From the human T2T-CHM13v2.0 reference genome, Homo sapiens, in NCBI RefSeq assembly GCF_009914755.1, contig NC_060930.1: 64,000 bases of DNA. One strand, written 5' to 3'. A program made the translations under genes and the position numbers. Shown here in pieces: positions 42,470 through 55,170 of the stretch. Every line of letters begins with the position of its first letter. The stretch's first letter is position 1. The notes beneath the pieces were generated by a model that had not been told where the DNA came from, did not search any database, and saw nothing but the letters and a program-made list of their open reading frames with translations.

Positions 42470-43019
42470 ATCAATTAAATATTCAGCAATGCTAGTAAAG
42501 GTCTAAAGAAATGGGGTGTTTCATATACTACTGGTGGTCATGGTACAATTTTTCCAGAAGGCAACACATATATATGTTTTAAGAGCTTCAAAATCTCTAT
42601 TTAGACACCCTTTGACTCAGTATTTCCTTAAATTTCTGTAAATAAATCAGAAATGCACACAAAAATGTGCACAAGAGTATATGCAATGCAGTGTTATTTT
42701 TAACAGTGAAAAGTTAGAAACCTCCTGAATGTCAGTGAAAGGAAACTAAACAATTACGGTTAATCCATAACATGGGCAAGGAATATTAAGCAGCCAGAAA
42801 AACTTATATATCCAAAAATATTTAATGATAAGGGGAAACGGTTATACATTAAACAAAATCAAAGAAAACAATATATACATTACGACCAACTTTTTAAAAA
42901 AGTATACACACACACGTTTAATTCTTACCCACAGTTTTCTGCATTTTCTAAAGTTATATAATGAAAATATATTGTTTTTAATAAAACAGAAAATTTTAAA
43001 AAGAGAAAAAAAAAAAAAA
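42470..43019 (+). mobile_element. Highly diverged L1ME3/4-like 3' end with AATAAA and poly(A)
   Basis: 'caccctttgactcagtatt', 'gcagtgttatttttaacagtgaaaagttagaaacctcctgaatgtc'; aataaa at ~42980, A-run at ~43006-43019. Confidence 0.55.
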
Positions 43020-45398
43020 GAACACTTACTGAATCTGTTAAAACAGTGCTTACAAAAGACCTGCACTGTTATGAAATGCTGTTAAGTCAGTGTGACCTTC
43101 TACAACTCAAGATTAGAAACGAAAGCATAGATACTCCTTGTTATCAGTTATATTAAATATTCCACTGGAGCTCCTGAACAGTGTGACAAAGATTAAAATA
43201 AGTAAGAAATTCACATATTGGAAAGGAAGAGATTAAAATGTCAAGATATTTTGTGGTCGTATATGAGATCACATACGCATAAAAATCCAAGGACTCTCAA
43301 AAATCTATTAGATGGAATAAGTGAATTTAGCAATGGGCACAGGATACAAGGTCAACATATAAATATCAATTTTATATCTAATACAAGAAATACACAATAA
43401 TAAAATGAAATAAAAAATATTTCTAGCAGTGCCAAAAAGCTTAATATATTTATTAAAAATGTATCAAAAAAGATGTGTAATCCCCCTAAAGAGATGGGCA
43501 AAATCAAGTGTTTGTAAAGACATGGAGCAATATAAACTTTCATATTAATATAAAATGGCACAATTCCCTCTGAAAACACTTTGGAAATGTCTTACAAAAT
43601 TAAACATATACACACCACACAATCCAACTATTCCACTCTTAAGTATTTACCCCAAAGAAATAAAGACATAACTTGGCATGAAGATTTGTACATAAATGTT
43701 TATCCCAGAAAACTGCTGGGACAAATTATACAATATCTAATTGTGTAGAAAAATATGACATACTCATGGATTAGAAACCTCAATAAGGTGGCAATTCTTC
43801 AAAATTGATCTATGGTTTCAATACAAGGCTGATCAAAATCAAAGCACATAATTTTTACAGAAATTGTCAAGAAGATTCTAAAATAATTTAGAAAATACAA
43901 AGAACCGACAATGACCAAAACCATTGTGAAAAAGAAGAACAAAATTGAAGAATTCTCACTACCCCATTTCAGTCTTAGTATAAGCATGAAATTTGCATCA
44001 TGATAGGTATATACCTCAGTAGAACAGAACAGACAGTAGTGTCCAGAAATAAACCTACACGTGTAAGGTCAGTTTGTTTCAATAAGTAAGCCAATGTATT
44101 ATTGAGGAGAAAGATAATCTTTTAAAATAATGGGGCTAGAAAAGCAGGATAATCTTTTTTGGAAAATAAGTAAATAAATTTTGACCTTCACTTTGCATCA
44201 TACAGAAATAACTCAAAATAAATTCTACACCTGCAGTCACAAACTAAAAGTATACATCTTCTAGAAGAAAATATAAGGGAAAGTATTAATAAAATTAGGT
44301 AGGTAAGGATATCTTACATAGGAAATAAAATACACAAACTATAATGTAAATAATAATATAATGTACTTCATCAAAACTAAGAACTTCTTCCCTCCAAAAG
44401 ACATCATTCAGAAAATGAGAAGTCAAACTGCAGACTAGGAAAAATATTGTCAATATGTATATCAGCCAAAGCACTGATTTTCAAATTATATAGAAAATTT
44501 CTACAATTCTATAATATAAAGACAAATAACCCATTTTTAAAAAAAAATCAATATTTGAATAGATATTTCACAAAAGAACATAGAAATGGCAACATGAAAA
44601 GACAACATGAAACTGTGCTCAACATCACTAGTAATCAGGCATAAACAAATGAAAACCAAAATAAGATACTATTACACAACATTCAGGATGGTTAAAAATA
44701 GAGAGATAGACAAAATCAAGTGTTTGTAAAGACACGGGGCAATGGAAACTGTCATACTAATATAAAATGACATAATTCCCTCTGAAAACAGTTTGGAAAA
44801 TTTTTTCAAAATTAAAAATATAGTTACCACACAATTCAACAATTCCCCTTTTAGGTATTTATACCCTAAAAATAAAGACATAACTTGGCACAAAAATTTT
44901 TCCACAAATGTTTATAACAGCTTTATTCATAATAACCTTTAACTGGAAACATGTTAAATGTCCATTGATAAGTGAATGGATAAACACATTTTGGTATAAC
45001 CCTAGGACAAAATATTACTGAGCAATAAAGAGTAATGAGCTACTGATACCCACAATGGCCTGGATCAATCTAAAAAATGTTGTGAGGAAAAGAAGGCAGA
45101 TGAAAGAGAATACATACTGTATGATTTCATCTACATTGATTTCTAGTACAAGATAAACGAATCAATGGTGACAAAAAGCAGACTGCTGGTTTCCTGAGGC
45201 AAGAGGTTGGGGAACTGATGGCAAATAGATATGAGAAAAACTTTTATTGTGATGGAAATATCTTACTGAATGTACAGTAAACACAACATTGATCATGTTG
45301 ATGACTAGAAAGGTGCATACATTGGTCAAAACTTAAAGTCTATATTTTATATGGCTACATTTCATTTTGTGTGTTTACTTTAATACATTCTAATTTTT
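43020..45398 (+). mobile_element. L1ME1/L1MD-like ORF2 and 3'UTR
   Basis: Colinear degenerate ORF2 ('aaattgatctatggtttcaatac', 'aatgtttataacagctttattcataata') and L1ME-type 3'UTR. Confidence 0.75.
43487..43703 (+). repeat. 217-bp local duplicate of 44699-44915
   Basis: Shared strings 'caaaatcaagtgtttgtaaagaca', 'aattccctctgaaaaca', 'aataaagacataacttggca'; both antisense ORFs share 'IAPCLYKHLIL'. Confidence 0.85.
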
Positions 45399-45414
45399 AA
45401 AAATCAGTAGCCCA

Positions 45415-45869
<455 letters not shown>

Positions 45870-46251
45870 CTACAAGAAAGACATCACTGAAAATTCCAGG
45901 ACAAGGATAAGGTCAAACCAATTATGGTGGCTTTTGGAAATGTTTTGAGTTCTTAGATGTGTGGAAACACGTTGCTTTCATTTCTTGCTTTGGTTCTTAC
46001 TGCCATCCCAAGGAAGGAAGTTCTACCCAGCTCAATAGAGATCCTGAATAGAGGAAAAAATTAGTGAGTAACTTAATAACAGCCAAGAATTATCAGACAA
46101 TTGAGAACAATTGTCATATATCAGAGAACAAGGAATAAAAAAAATTTAAATTACTCAGCAAACAAAAATAATTTTAATTGTACTTTTAAAACAAATTTCA
46201 ATTATAATTAAAAGATACTCAAGAACGTATTTAATTAACAAATATAGAATA

Positions 46252-46548
46252 GGACTGGGTGCAGTGGCTCATGCCCATAATTCCAGCACTTTGGGAGGTC
46301 AAGGCGGGAGGATAGCTTGAGTCCAGGAGTTTGAGACCAGCCCGAACAGCATAGGGAGACCCTGTCTCCCCAAACACTACAAAGATTAGACAAACATGGT
46401 GTTACTCACCTGTAGTTCCAACTACTCAGGAGGCTGAAGTGGGAGGATCACTTGAGCCCAGGAGGCAGAGGGTGCAGTAACCCAAGATCGTGCCACTGCA
46501 CTCCAGTGTAGGCAATGGAGTGAGACCCTGTCTCAAAAACAAAAACAA
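46252..46548 (+). mobile_element. AluJ
   Basis: 'gggaggatagcttgagtccaggagtttgag', 'gggaggatcacttgagcccagg'; perfect 15-bp TSD aacaaatatagaata at 46237-46251 and 46549-46563. Confidence 0.94.
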
Positions 46549-46689
46549 AACAAATATAGAATAGTGTACTACGTAAAATGCACGATCAGAACACAAGGAA
46601 AAGCTCATGGCAATTTTAAAACAGAAAGTCAAATAAAAAAATTAAATTCAAGCTTGGAATATATTTAAAAAATTATCTCAAATTTAGCA

Positions 46690-47195
46690 ATTCATTCATT
46701 CATTTAGTATTTACTAGACAACTAGTTTTTGCTGGTCTTGACTTTGTACTATAAATAGTGTCATGAAATGCACAAATAATTAAACAGTGGATATGGGACT
46801 TATAATTCTGGGACTCCATGGAAACAAATAGACAATTTAATGTACAACATGAGGTCAAAAAGTGATAAGGACTGTGAAGAAAACTAAAGCAGGAAAATGA
46901 AATAGAACAAGAAGAAAGCGTTAATTCAAAGAAACTCCGTTAGATGAATTAATATATAAGAAGAAAGCTGCTAGTCATATGAAGTCTAGAGAAGGTGTTT
47001 GTTGAGTCATAATCATATTTCAAGAGGAAAAAAATTTCTTCTTACTGAACCAACCAGAAGGTCGATGTGGCTAGAACAGAACAAGCTAAGGAGACAATGG
47101 TGGGAGGGAAAGACAGACAGAAAAGCAAGGTATTGAAAAGATTTGTGTTTTCTTATTAGTGTGATGGGGAATCCTTGGAGCAGAGAGTCATGGCC
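46690..47195 (-). mobile_element. L2 fragment (split by L1PA16; resumes ~51065-51450)
   Basis: 'ttcattcattcatttagtatttactagac' tail and 'gtgatggggaatccttggag'; continuation 'gaccaattagaaggttattgcagtcatcc'. Confidence 0.7.
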
Positions 47196-47196
47196 A

Positions 47197-47201
<5 letters not shown>

Positions 47202-47246
<45 letters not shown>
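47202..47246 (+). repeat. (TG)n microsatellite at L1 tail
   Basis: ~22 TG units directly abutting the antisense L1PA16 3' end. Confidence 0.97.
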
Positions 47247-47248
<2 letters not shown>

Positions 47249-49435
47249 TTCAATGTGTATTTTAGATTCAAGAGATACATTTGCAGGTTTGTTACCTGGG
47301 TATTTCGTGCGATGCTGAGGTTTAGGGTATAAATGATCTCCTTACCCAGGTACCGAGGATAGTAGCCGATAGTTAGTTTTTCAACCCTTCCCTTGCTTCC
47401 TTCCCCAACTTCTAGTAGTCCCCAGTTTCTATTTTGTCATGTTTATGTTCATAACTGCCCAATGTTTAGCCCTCACTTATAAGTAAGAACATGTAATATT
47501 TGGTTTTCTGTTCTTGCATTAATTCGCTTAGGATAATGGCCTCTAGCTGTATCCATGTTGCTGCAAAGGACATGATTTCGTTCTTCATTATGGTTGTGTA
47601 GCATTCCTTGGTGTATATGCACCACGTTTTTTTTTTAAATCTCATCCACCATTGATGGGCACCTAGATTGATTCCATGTCTTTCCTGTTGTGAATAGTCT
47701 TGCAATGAACATGTGAGTGCATGTTTCTTTTTTGTAGAATGATTTGTTTTCTTTTGAATACATACCCAGTAATGGGATTGCTGGGATGATTGGTATTATA
47801 AGTTCTTTGAGAAATCTCCAAACTAATTTTTATAGCAGTTGGACCAATTCATATTCCCACCAACAGTGTATAAGCATTCACTTTTCTCTGCAGCCTCACC
47901 AGCATAAGTTGTTTTTTGACTTTTACAAAATAGCCATTCTGACTGGCATGAGATTGTATTTCACTGGGGTTTTGATTCATATTTCTCTGATGATTAGTGA
48001 TGCTGAGCATTTGTTCATATGTTTGTTGGCTGCTTGTATGTCTTCTTTCAAAGGTATCTGTTCAGGTCTTTTGCCCACATTTTAATGGGTTTATTTGTTT
48101 TTGTTTGTTTGTTCAATTGTTTAAGTTCCTTATAGATTCTAAATATTATGCCTTTGTCGGACGCCTACTTTGCAAATATTTTCTCCCATTCTATAGGCTG
48201 TCTGTTTACTCTGTTGATAGTTTCTTCTACTGCGCAGAAGCTGTTTAGTTTAATTAGGTCCCACTTGCCAATATTTGTTTGGCTACAATTGCTTTTCAGG
48301 ACTTAGTCATAAATTCTTTCACAAGGCCAAGGTTCAAAATGGAGTTTACCAGGTTTTCTTCTAGAATTCTTGCAGTTTGAGGTTGTAAATTTAAACATTT
48401 AATCCCTTTAGGGTTAATTTTTATATATAGTGAAAGGTATGGCTCCAGTTTCATTCCTCTGCACATGACTAGCCAGGTATTAGGATCCCCATTGCTTATT
48501 TTTGTTGACTTTGTTGAAGATCATATGACTGTAGGTGTGAGGTTTTATTTCTGGGTTCTTTATACCTGTTCCATGGTATAGAGACAGTCTATATATCTGT
48601 TTTTGTACCAGTACCATGCTGTTTTGATTACTGTATCTTTATACTACAGTTTGAAGTCAGTCAGGTATTACAAAGCCTCCAAATTTGTTCTTTTTGCTTA
48701 GGATTTCTTTTGCTATTTGGGCTCTTTTTTGTTTCCATAAGAATTTCAGAATCATTTTTCCAAATTCTGTGAAAAAGTCCTTTGTAGTTGTATATGAATT
48801 GCATTGAATCTGTAAATTGCTTTGGGCAGTACAGCTATTTTAACAATGTTGATTATTTCTATTCATGAGCATGATTTTTTTTATTTGTTTCTGTCATCAG
48901 TGATTCATTTCAGTAATGTTTTGTAGTTCTTCTTGTACAGATCTTCATCTCCTCGGTTAGATACATTCCTAGGCATTTTATTCTCTTTGTGGCTATTGTA
49001 ACTGGGGTTGTTTTCTTGATTTTCTTGATTTGTCTCTAAGCTCAATCATTATTGGCATATAAAATGCTCTTGATTTGTGTACACTGATTTTCTATCTTGA
49101 AACTTTACTTAAGTCATTTATCAGTTCCAGGAGCCTTCTGACAGAGTCTTTAGGGTTTTCTAGGTAGAGAATCATATCATCAGTGAAGAGAGATAGTTTC
49201 ACTTTTTATTTTCCTATTTGGATGCCTTTTATTTTTTCCATTGCCTGATTGCTCTGTTCTTTCAGTACTATGTTGAATGGGAGTGGTGGGAGTGGATATC
49301 CTTGTCTTGTTCTAGTTATCAAGGGGCATGCTTACAGATTTTGCCCATTCAGTATGAGGTTGGCTGTGAGTTTGTCATAGATGGGTCTTATTATTTGATT
49401 ATTATACCTTTGTTGCCTCATTTCTTGAGGGTTTT

Positions 49436-49996
49436 TGTATTAGTCAGGGTTGTCTAAAGCGACAGAACTAATAAGATATATGTATATATTAGAAGAAGTC
49501 TATTAAAGAGAATTGACTGACACGATCACATGGTGAAGTCCCACAGTAGGCCCTCTGCAAGCTGAGGAGAAGAAAGCCAGTAGTGGTTCATTCAGAGTCC
49601 TAAAACATCAAAAGTAGGAAAGCCTATAGTGCAGGCTTTAGTCTGTGACTGAAGGCCTGAGAGTCCCTGGAAAACCACTGGTGTAAAAGTTCAAGACTCT
49701 AAAAGCCAATGAACTTGGAATCTGATGTTCAAAGGCAGGAAGCATCCAGCACAGGAGAAAGATGAAGGCCAGAAGACTCAGCAATTCAGCTCATCTCACC
49801 TTCTTCTGCGTGCTTTTTCTAGCCACCCTGGCAGCCGATTGGATGGTGCCCACCCAGACTGAGGGTGGATCTGCCTCTCCCAGTCCTCTGACTCAAATAC
49901 TAATCTTCTCTGGCAATACCCTCATAGACACACCCAGAAATAATACTTTGCATCCTTCAATCCAATTAAGCTGACACTTAATATTAACTGTCAACA
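49436..49996 (-). mobile_element. MLT2A2-like solo LTR (HERV-L)
   Basis: 'tgtattagtcagggttgtctaaagcgacagaactaata' ... 'gacacacccagaaataatactttgcatccttcaatccaat...aactgtcaaca'; perfect 5-bp TSD gtttt at 49431-49435 and 49997-50001. Confidence 0.92.
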
Positions 49997-50001
49997 GTTT
50001 T

Positions 50002-50423
50002 AACAAGAAGAGATGTTGGATTTCATCAAAAGCTTTTTCTGCATCTATTGAAGTGATCATATTGCTTTCATTTTTAGTTTTGTTTATGTAGTGAGTCAAA
50101 TTTATTGATTTGCATATGTTGAACCAACCTTGCCTCCCAGGAATGAAACCTACTTGATCACAGCAAATTAATTTTTTGATGTGCTGTTGAATTCGGTTTG
50201 CTAGTATTTTATTGAGGATTTTTGCATCTATGTTCATTAGGGATATTGGTCTGTAGTTTTCTTTCCTTGTTGTGTCTTTGCCAGATTTGGGTATCAGGGT
50301 GATGCTGGCTTCATAGAATGAGTTACCAAGGAGCGCCTCCTCCTCAAATTTTTGGAAAAGTTTCAGTAGTATTGGTACCAGCTCTTCTTTGTACATCTGA
50401 TAGAACTTGGCTGTGTGAATCAA
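50002..50423 (-). pseudogene. Decayed L1 ORF2 reverse-transcriptase N-terminal fragment
   Basis: Translation '[73 protein letters not shown]...[13 protein letters not shown]' is ORF2p-like; it then reads into the LTR. Confidence 0.9.
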
Positions 50424-51599
50424 TCTGGTCCAGAGCTTTTTTGGTTGGCATGTTTTTTATTACTGATTAAATGTTAGACCTTGATATTAATCTATTCAGT
50501 GTTTTAATTTCTTAATTTCTTCTTGATTCAATCTTAGGATACAGTGCGTTTCCAGGAATTCATCCTTTTCTTCTAGATTTTCTAGTTTATGTAATAGAGG
50601 TGTTCATAATAGTCTCTGAGGGTGTTTTGTATTTCAGTGGTATCAGTTGTAAATTCACCTTTGTCATTTCTGATTGTGCTTATTTGGATCTTCTCTCTTT
50701 TTTTTTTTCTTTGTTAATCTAACTAGTGGTCTATTGATCTTGATTATCTTCTCAAAGAACCAACTTTTGGTTTCATTGATTTTTTTTTTGTATGGATTTT
50801 GGGTCTCAAATTTTTTCAGCTCCACTCTGATTTTAGTTTTCTTTTCTTCTTCTAACGTTGGGATTATTTTGTTCTTGTTGTTCTAGTTCCTCTAAGTGTG
50901 TTGTTATATAATTAATTTGATATCTTTCTAGCTTTTGAGGTAGGTATGTAGCACCCAAAAAACCCAGTTTATAGTGCTTCCTGTTAGCATTGTTTTTGCT
51001 GCATTGCAGAAATTTTGATATGTTGTGTCTCTGTTTTCATTTATTTTAAATAATTTTTGATTGCTGGTTTATGTTTAAAAGATGCCTCAGTATGTAGAAT
51101 TGACAGTAGATGAGCAATAGCTGAAATGTTAAGACCAATTAGAAGGTTATTGCAGTCATCCTGATGACAATTATGTTGACTATGGCTGGGGTGTTAGCAA
51201 TAGGATAAGTGTGACATAGATAAGTGATGTCAGTCTTTTAAATGTAAAGATAACATAGATCAGATGTAGAATATGAGAAAACAAAGAATACTATTTATAC
51301 TTGTTAATTAAACAGTAAGGTTAAATTTGTGTTACTGTTGGTAATAGGGAAAATCATAAGTGAAACTCTGCTAGCATAAATTATATTTGTTTTGGATATA
51401 TAATGTGGAATATAACTATTAGCTATTTAGGGGGACAAATAGAAACCTTATGTAAAGGAAAGTAATTAAGGAAACAAATATATAGACAGAAAGAGAGGCA
51501 AAACACGTGGAGAACCAATCCTCAAAACCTAGCATTTAACTCATTGAAGTTCCAAGATAATATCAGCCACATTAATACGATAGTCATTAATGCTAATCA

Positions 51600-51985
51600 A
51601 GAGACATTTAAGGCATTCTGCTTTCTAAGAACTTGTTAGAGTTTCACTTCCTGGCCTCCTTTAAGTTGAGTAGGGGATGTAACCAGTTCAGGCAAGAGTA
51701 TTACTAACAGAAGTGAAAGGAGTTATTGTGACACATTTAATTTCTGGTGAAAACCATCCAGTGACTTCTTTTCTTCCCCTAGGCATGGCAACTGGCCCAA
51801 TCTCTGCTGCTGACTGCTCCTGCAGTCTTGTTCTCAGTGACAATAAACAATGCCACCTTCTCTTGTGATTGATCCATGATGGACATGAAGTAACACTGAG
51901 AATAAACCTATGTTGTTTTAAGACACTGATATTTGGGACTTATTCTCACTACTACAGAATAAACTCTTCTATTCTGACTGAACCA
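51600..51985 (+). mobile_element. MLT1 (I/J-like) LTR, degenerate
   Basis: 3' end 'gagaataaacctatgttgttttaagacactgatatttgggac...ctattctgactgaa'. Confidence 0.6.
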
Positions 51986-52223
51986 ACTATTACTAAAAAA
52001 GAGAAGAAAAAGGACATTTTTGGACTCACAGTGGCTCAGCTATTTTATTTCCTAAGCATCAGTTCTTAAGACATTACTCGAAAATATACTCCAGGGAAAT
52101 GAGAGAGTAAACCACAAAAGAGGATGACAAGATCTGGAAAAATGTAATTCTATCTCAGCAAAATAAAAAAGGGAAGTCTCAGTATGGGCAGGAGAACAGA
52201 AGGTAAAAGAAAAGAGGACTCTG

Positions 52224-52521
<298 letters not shown>

Positions 52522-52634
52522 GGAAAAGAGGGTACTATACCAAATAGAATATTATTGACTTATTAGAGGAACTTGGAAAAATGACAAAGAAAAAAGTGTG
52601 TTAAAAAGGAGGAGGAGTGTAATAGAAACACTAC

Positions 52635-53002
52635 TGATATTGTTTGGTTCTCTGTCCCCACTCAAATCTCATCTTGAATTGTAATTCCCATATGTCTAGG
52701 GAGGGACATGTAAACCTCACGTGTCGAAGGAGGGAGGTGACTGGATCGTAGGGGTGGTTCCCCCATGGTTCTCATGATAGAGAGTTCTCATGAGATCTGA
52801 TCATTTTGTAAAGCAGTTTTCTCTGCTTTTGCTCACTTCTCTCTCCTGCTGTTTCTTGAAGAAGGTGTTTGCTTCCCCTTTGCCTTCAGCCATGATTGGA
52901 AGTTTCCTGAGGCCTCCCTGTGAGTCAATTAAACCTCTTTCCATTACAAATTACCCAGTCTCAGGGAAATTCTTCATAGCAGTGTGAAAGCTGACGAATA
53001 CA
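52635..53002 (+). mobile_element. THE1D-like solo LTR
   Basis: 'tgatattgtttggttctctgtccccactcaaatctcatcttgaattg' ... 'atagcagtgtgaaagctgacgaataca'; perfect TSD actac at 52630-52634 and 53003-53007. Confidence 0.92.
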
Positions 53003-53052
53003 ACTACCCACTCTTCCCCTGTCTTCCAAAAAACTACGCAAATCAGGATTCA

Positions 53053-53436
<384 letters not shown>

Positions 53437-53879
53437 TTAGAACATTTAATATATATTAATTAAAAATTTCCACACACTGGTATAAATTACTTATGATTAT
53501 TTTTTCAATTATTTATGATTATTTATTTTCTCATCACAATAGTCCTATGAAATATTTTTTATTATCAATTCAGTTTTAAAGATGAGGAAACAAATGTCTT
53601 GTATAACCATTTGAAAGTCACATAATAAGTGTCAAAGTTATCATTTAAACTCTAAGAGTAGTTACATTTCAAATACTTTTTACCTTGGAGTTAGAAATAC
53701 GAACAGAAACACAAGAAAAGGTACGGTTTTAATATCAAAAACACTAAAACATGGCATTATTTTAAACATTGTGGGTTTTTTTAAAAAGGAAACATTTATT
53801 CTGAGTAAAATGGAGGTGACAAAACTAGAAATATAAAAATAAATATGCACTCAGTACACGTTATTTGCTCTGTACAGAA

Positions 53880-54510
53880 CACTTTACATAATCATAATAT
53901 AAATTCTGATTATTGTTCAATTATAAAATTGCCCCACGATATAATACCAAAGACTAAATTTTAATTATGGAGCTAAATTTAAATGCTAGCAGTCTATGAA
54001 TATGTGAACACTTGTTACATAATGAGGGTAGTATTACTAATCAATTAGCAACATGTACTCTTCAATAAATGTTACTAGGGAACTTGGTTGTCCATATGAA
54101 ACAAAAATAAGTCCAAATAAAATTGGACTTAAAAGAGATGAAGATAAAGTGGATTAAGTACTTAAATGTAAACAAGCAAAACTTCATAATATTTAGAAGA
54201 AAATAAAGCAGAATATTATGACCCTATGTTACGAAATTATTTCTTAGCAAAGGTACCAAAGCACACACGATGAAGGAAAGGGTGCTTAATTTGTCCACAA
54301 TAAAATCAGAAATATTTGCACACTAAACAATACCCGAAAAAAAAGATGAAAAAGCAAATCACAAGAAGTATTTGCAGTGCAAATAATTATTAAAGAATTA
54401 GAATGTAGAGTACATAAACAATTTTAACAAATCAATAAACCCATAGAATATTGGGGAAAGAATATAAGCAGCAATTCACAAGACAAAAGCATAAATGGCA
54501 AAGAATAAAG
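53880..54510 (+). mobile_element. Old L1ME ORF2 fragment
   Basis: 'ctcttcaataaatgttactagggaacttgg', 'gtggattaagtacttaaatgtaaa', 'aaagaatataagcagcaattcaca'. Confidence 0.6.
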
Positions 54511-54735
54511 GTAAAAAGTATTTTGTTTGCCTTTTGTGTGTGTTTGTGTGTGTGTGTGTGAGTGTGATAAGCAGAAAGAAGTTAAAGTAGTGAGCTCACA
54601 CTGCAGCTTTGAGGAATTTTATCTAATAGAAGACATCTTTTGTGAAATTTATACTGTGTGTAAAGTATCTGACCTATAGATAAAAATGTACAAAGCGCAC
54701 TTCTGCTTTCCAAACTGGGATAATAATGGCATCTA

Positions 54736-55170
54736 TGTATAACAGGTTGGTTCCCTGGGAAACAGTTTTCCAAAAGGAGTTTACTTTGCAGGAGATTTAT
54801 TGAAGAGTGCCCTTGGAATCAACACCTATGAAAAAGAGTGGGGAGAGAGCAGGAGGGAGTAGCAGAAGAAGGCAAGTGACACAGATTTAAGGTTAAATTT
54901 GGCCAAGTCCAAGGGGACCTCTGGAGCTAGAATGGTTTTACAGAACTCTCTAAAGTTGGGCTGAAATTATCAGAACTTTTAATGCCGGCATTAAACAGTT
55001 ATCAGACGAGAGTTATCTTGGGAAAAGACATGGCCTTGGATGAGGCAACTGTCTGCAGCTGAATCAGTTACTGTAGGAGCTGACAGCCGAAGACTTCTGC
55101 CTACTGCTACATTTCTTTTACCATGGGCAACAAGTCCTTCCTAGAAAGGAGATCTGGGCGGCACATTACA
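54736..55170 (-). mobile_element. LTR16C-like ERVL solo LTR inserted in a MIR
   Basis: 'ggttggttccctgggaaacag...gagtgcccttggaatcaacacct...ggagatctgggcggcacattaca'; flanked by duplicated catctat; MIR halves 'taataatggcatctat|ctcataagattgtgg'. Confidence 0.7.

Larger units (their letters stand above)
47247..51062 (-). mobile_element. L1PA16-like LINE-1, 5'-truncated (interrupted by MLT2A2)
   Basis: 3'UTR 'gtgcgatgctgaggtttagggtataaatgatc'; ORF2 RT fragment in ORF 49893..50423 ([28 protein letters not shown]). Confidence 0.92.

Noticed and set aside
49893-50423. 176-aa ORF with reverse-transcriptase motifs as a novel RT system or L1-LTR fusion gene
   Set aside because: It is a residual L1PA16 ORF2 fragment reading by chance into the MLT2A2 LTR. 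The catalytic FADD region is separated and degraded.
52680-52740. Internal tandem duplication in the THE1D LTR
   Set aside because: I recall this as a recurrent THE1D variant rather than a locus-specific novelty; unverified and low value.
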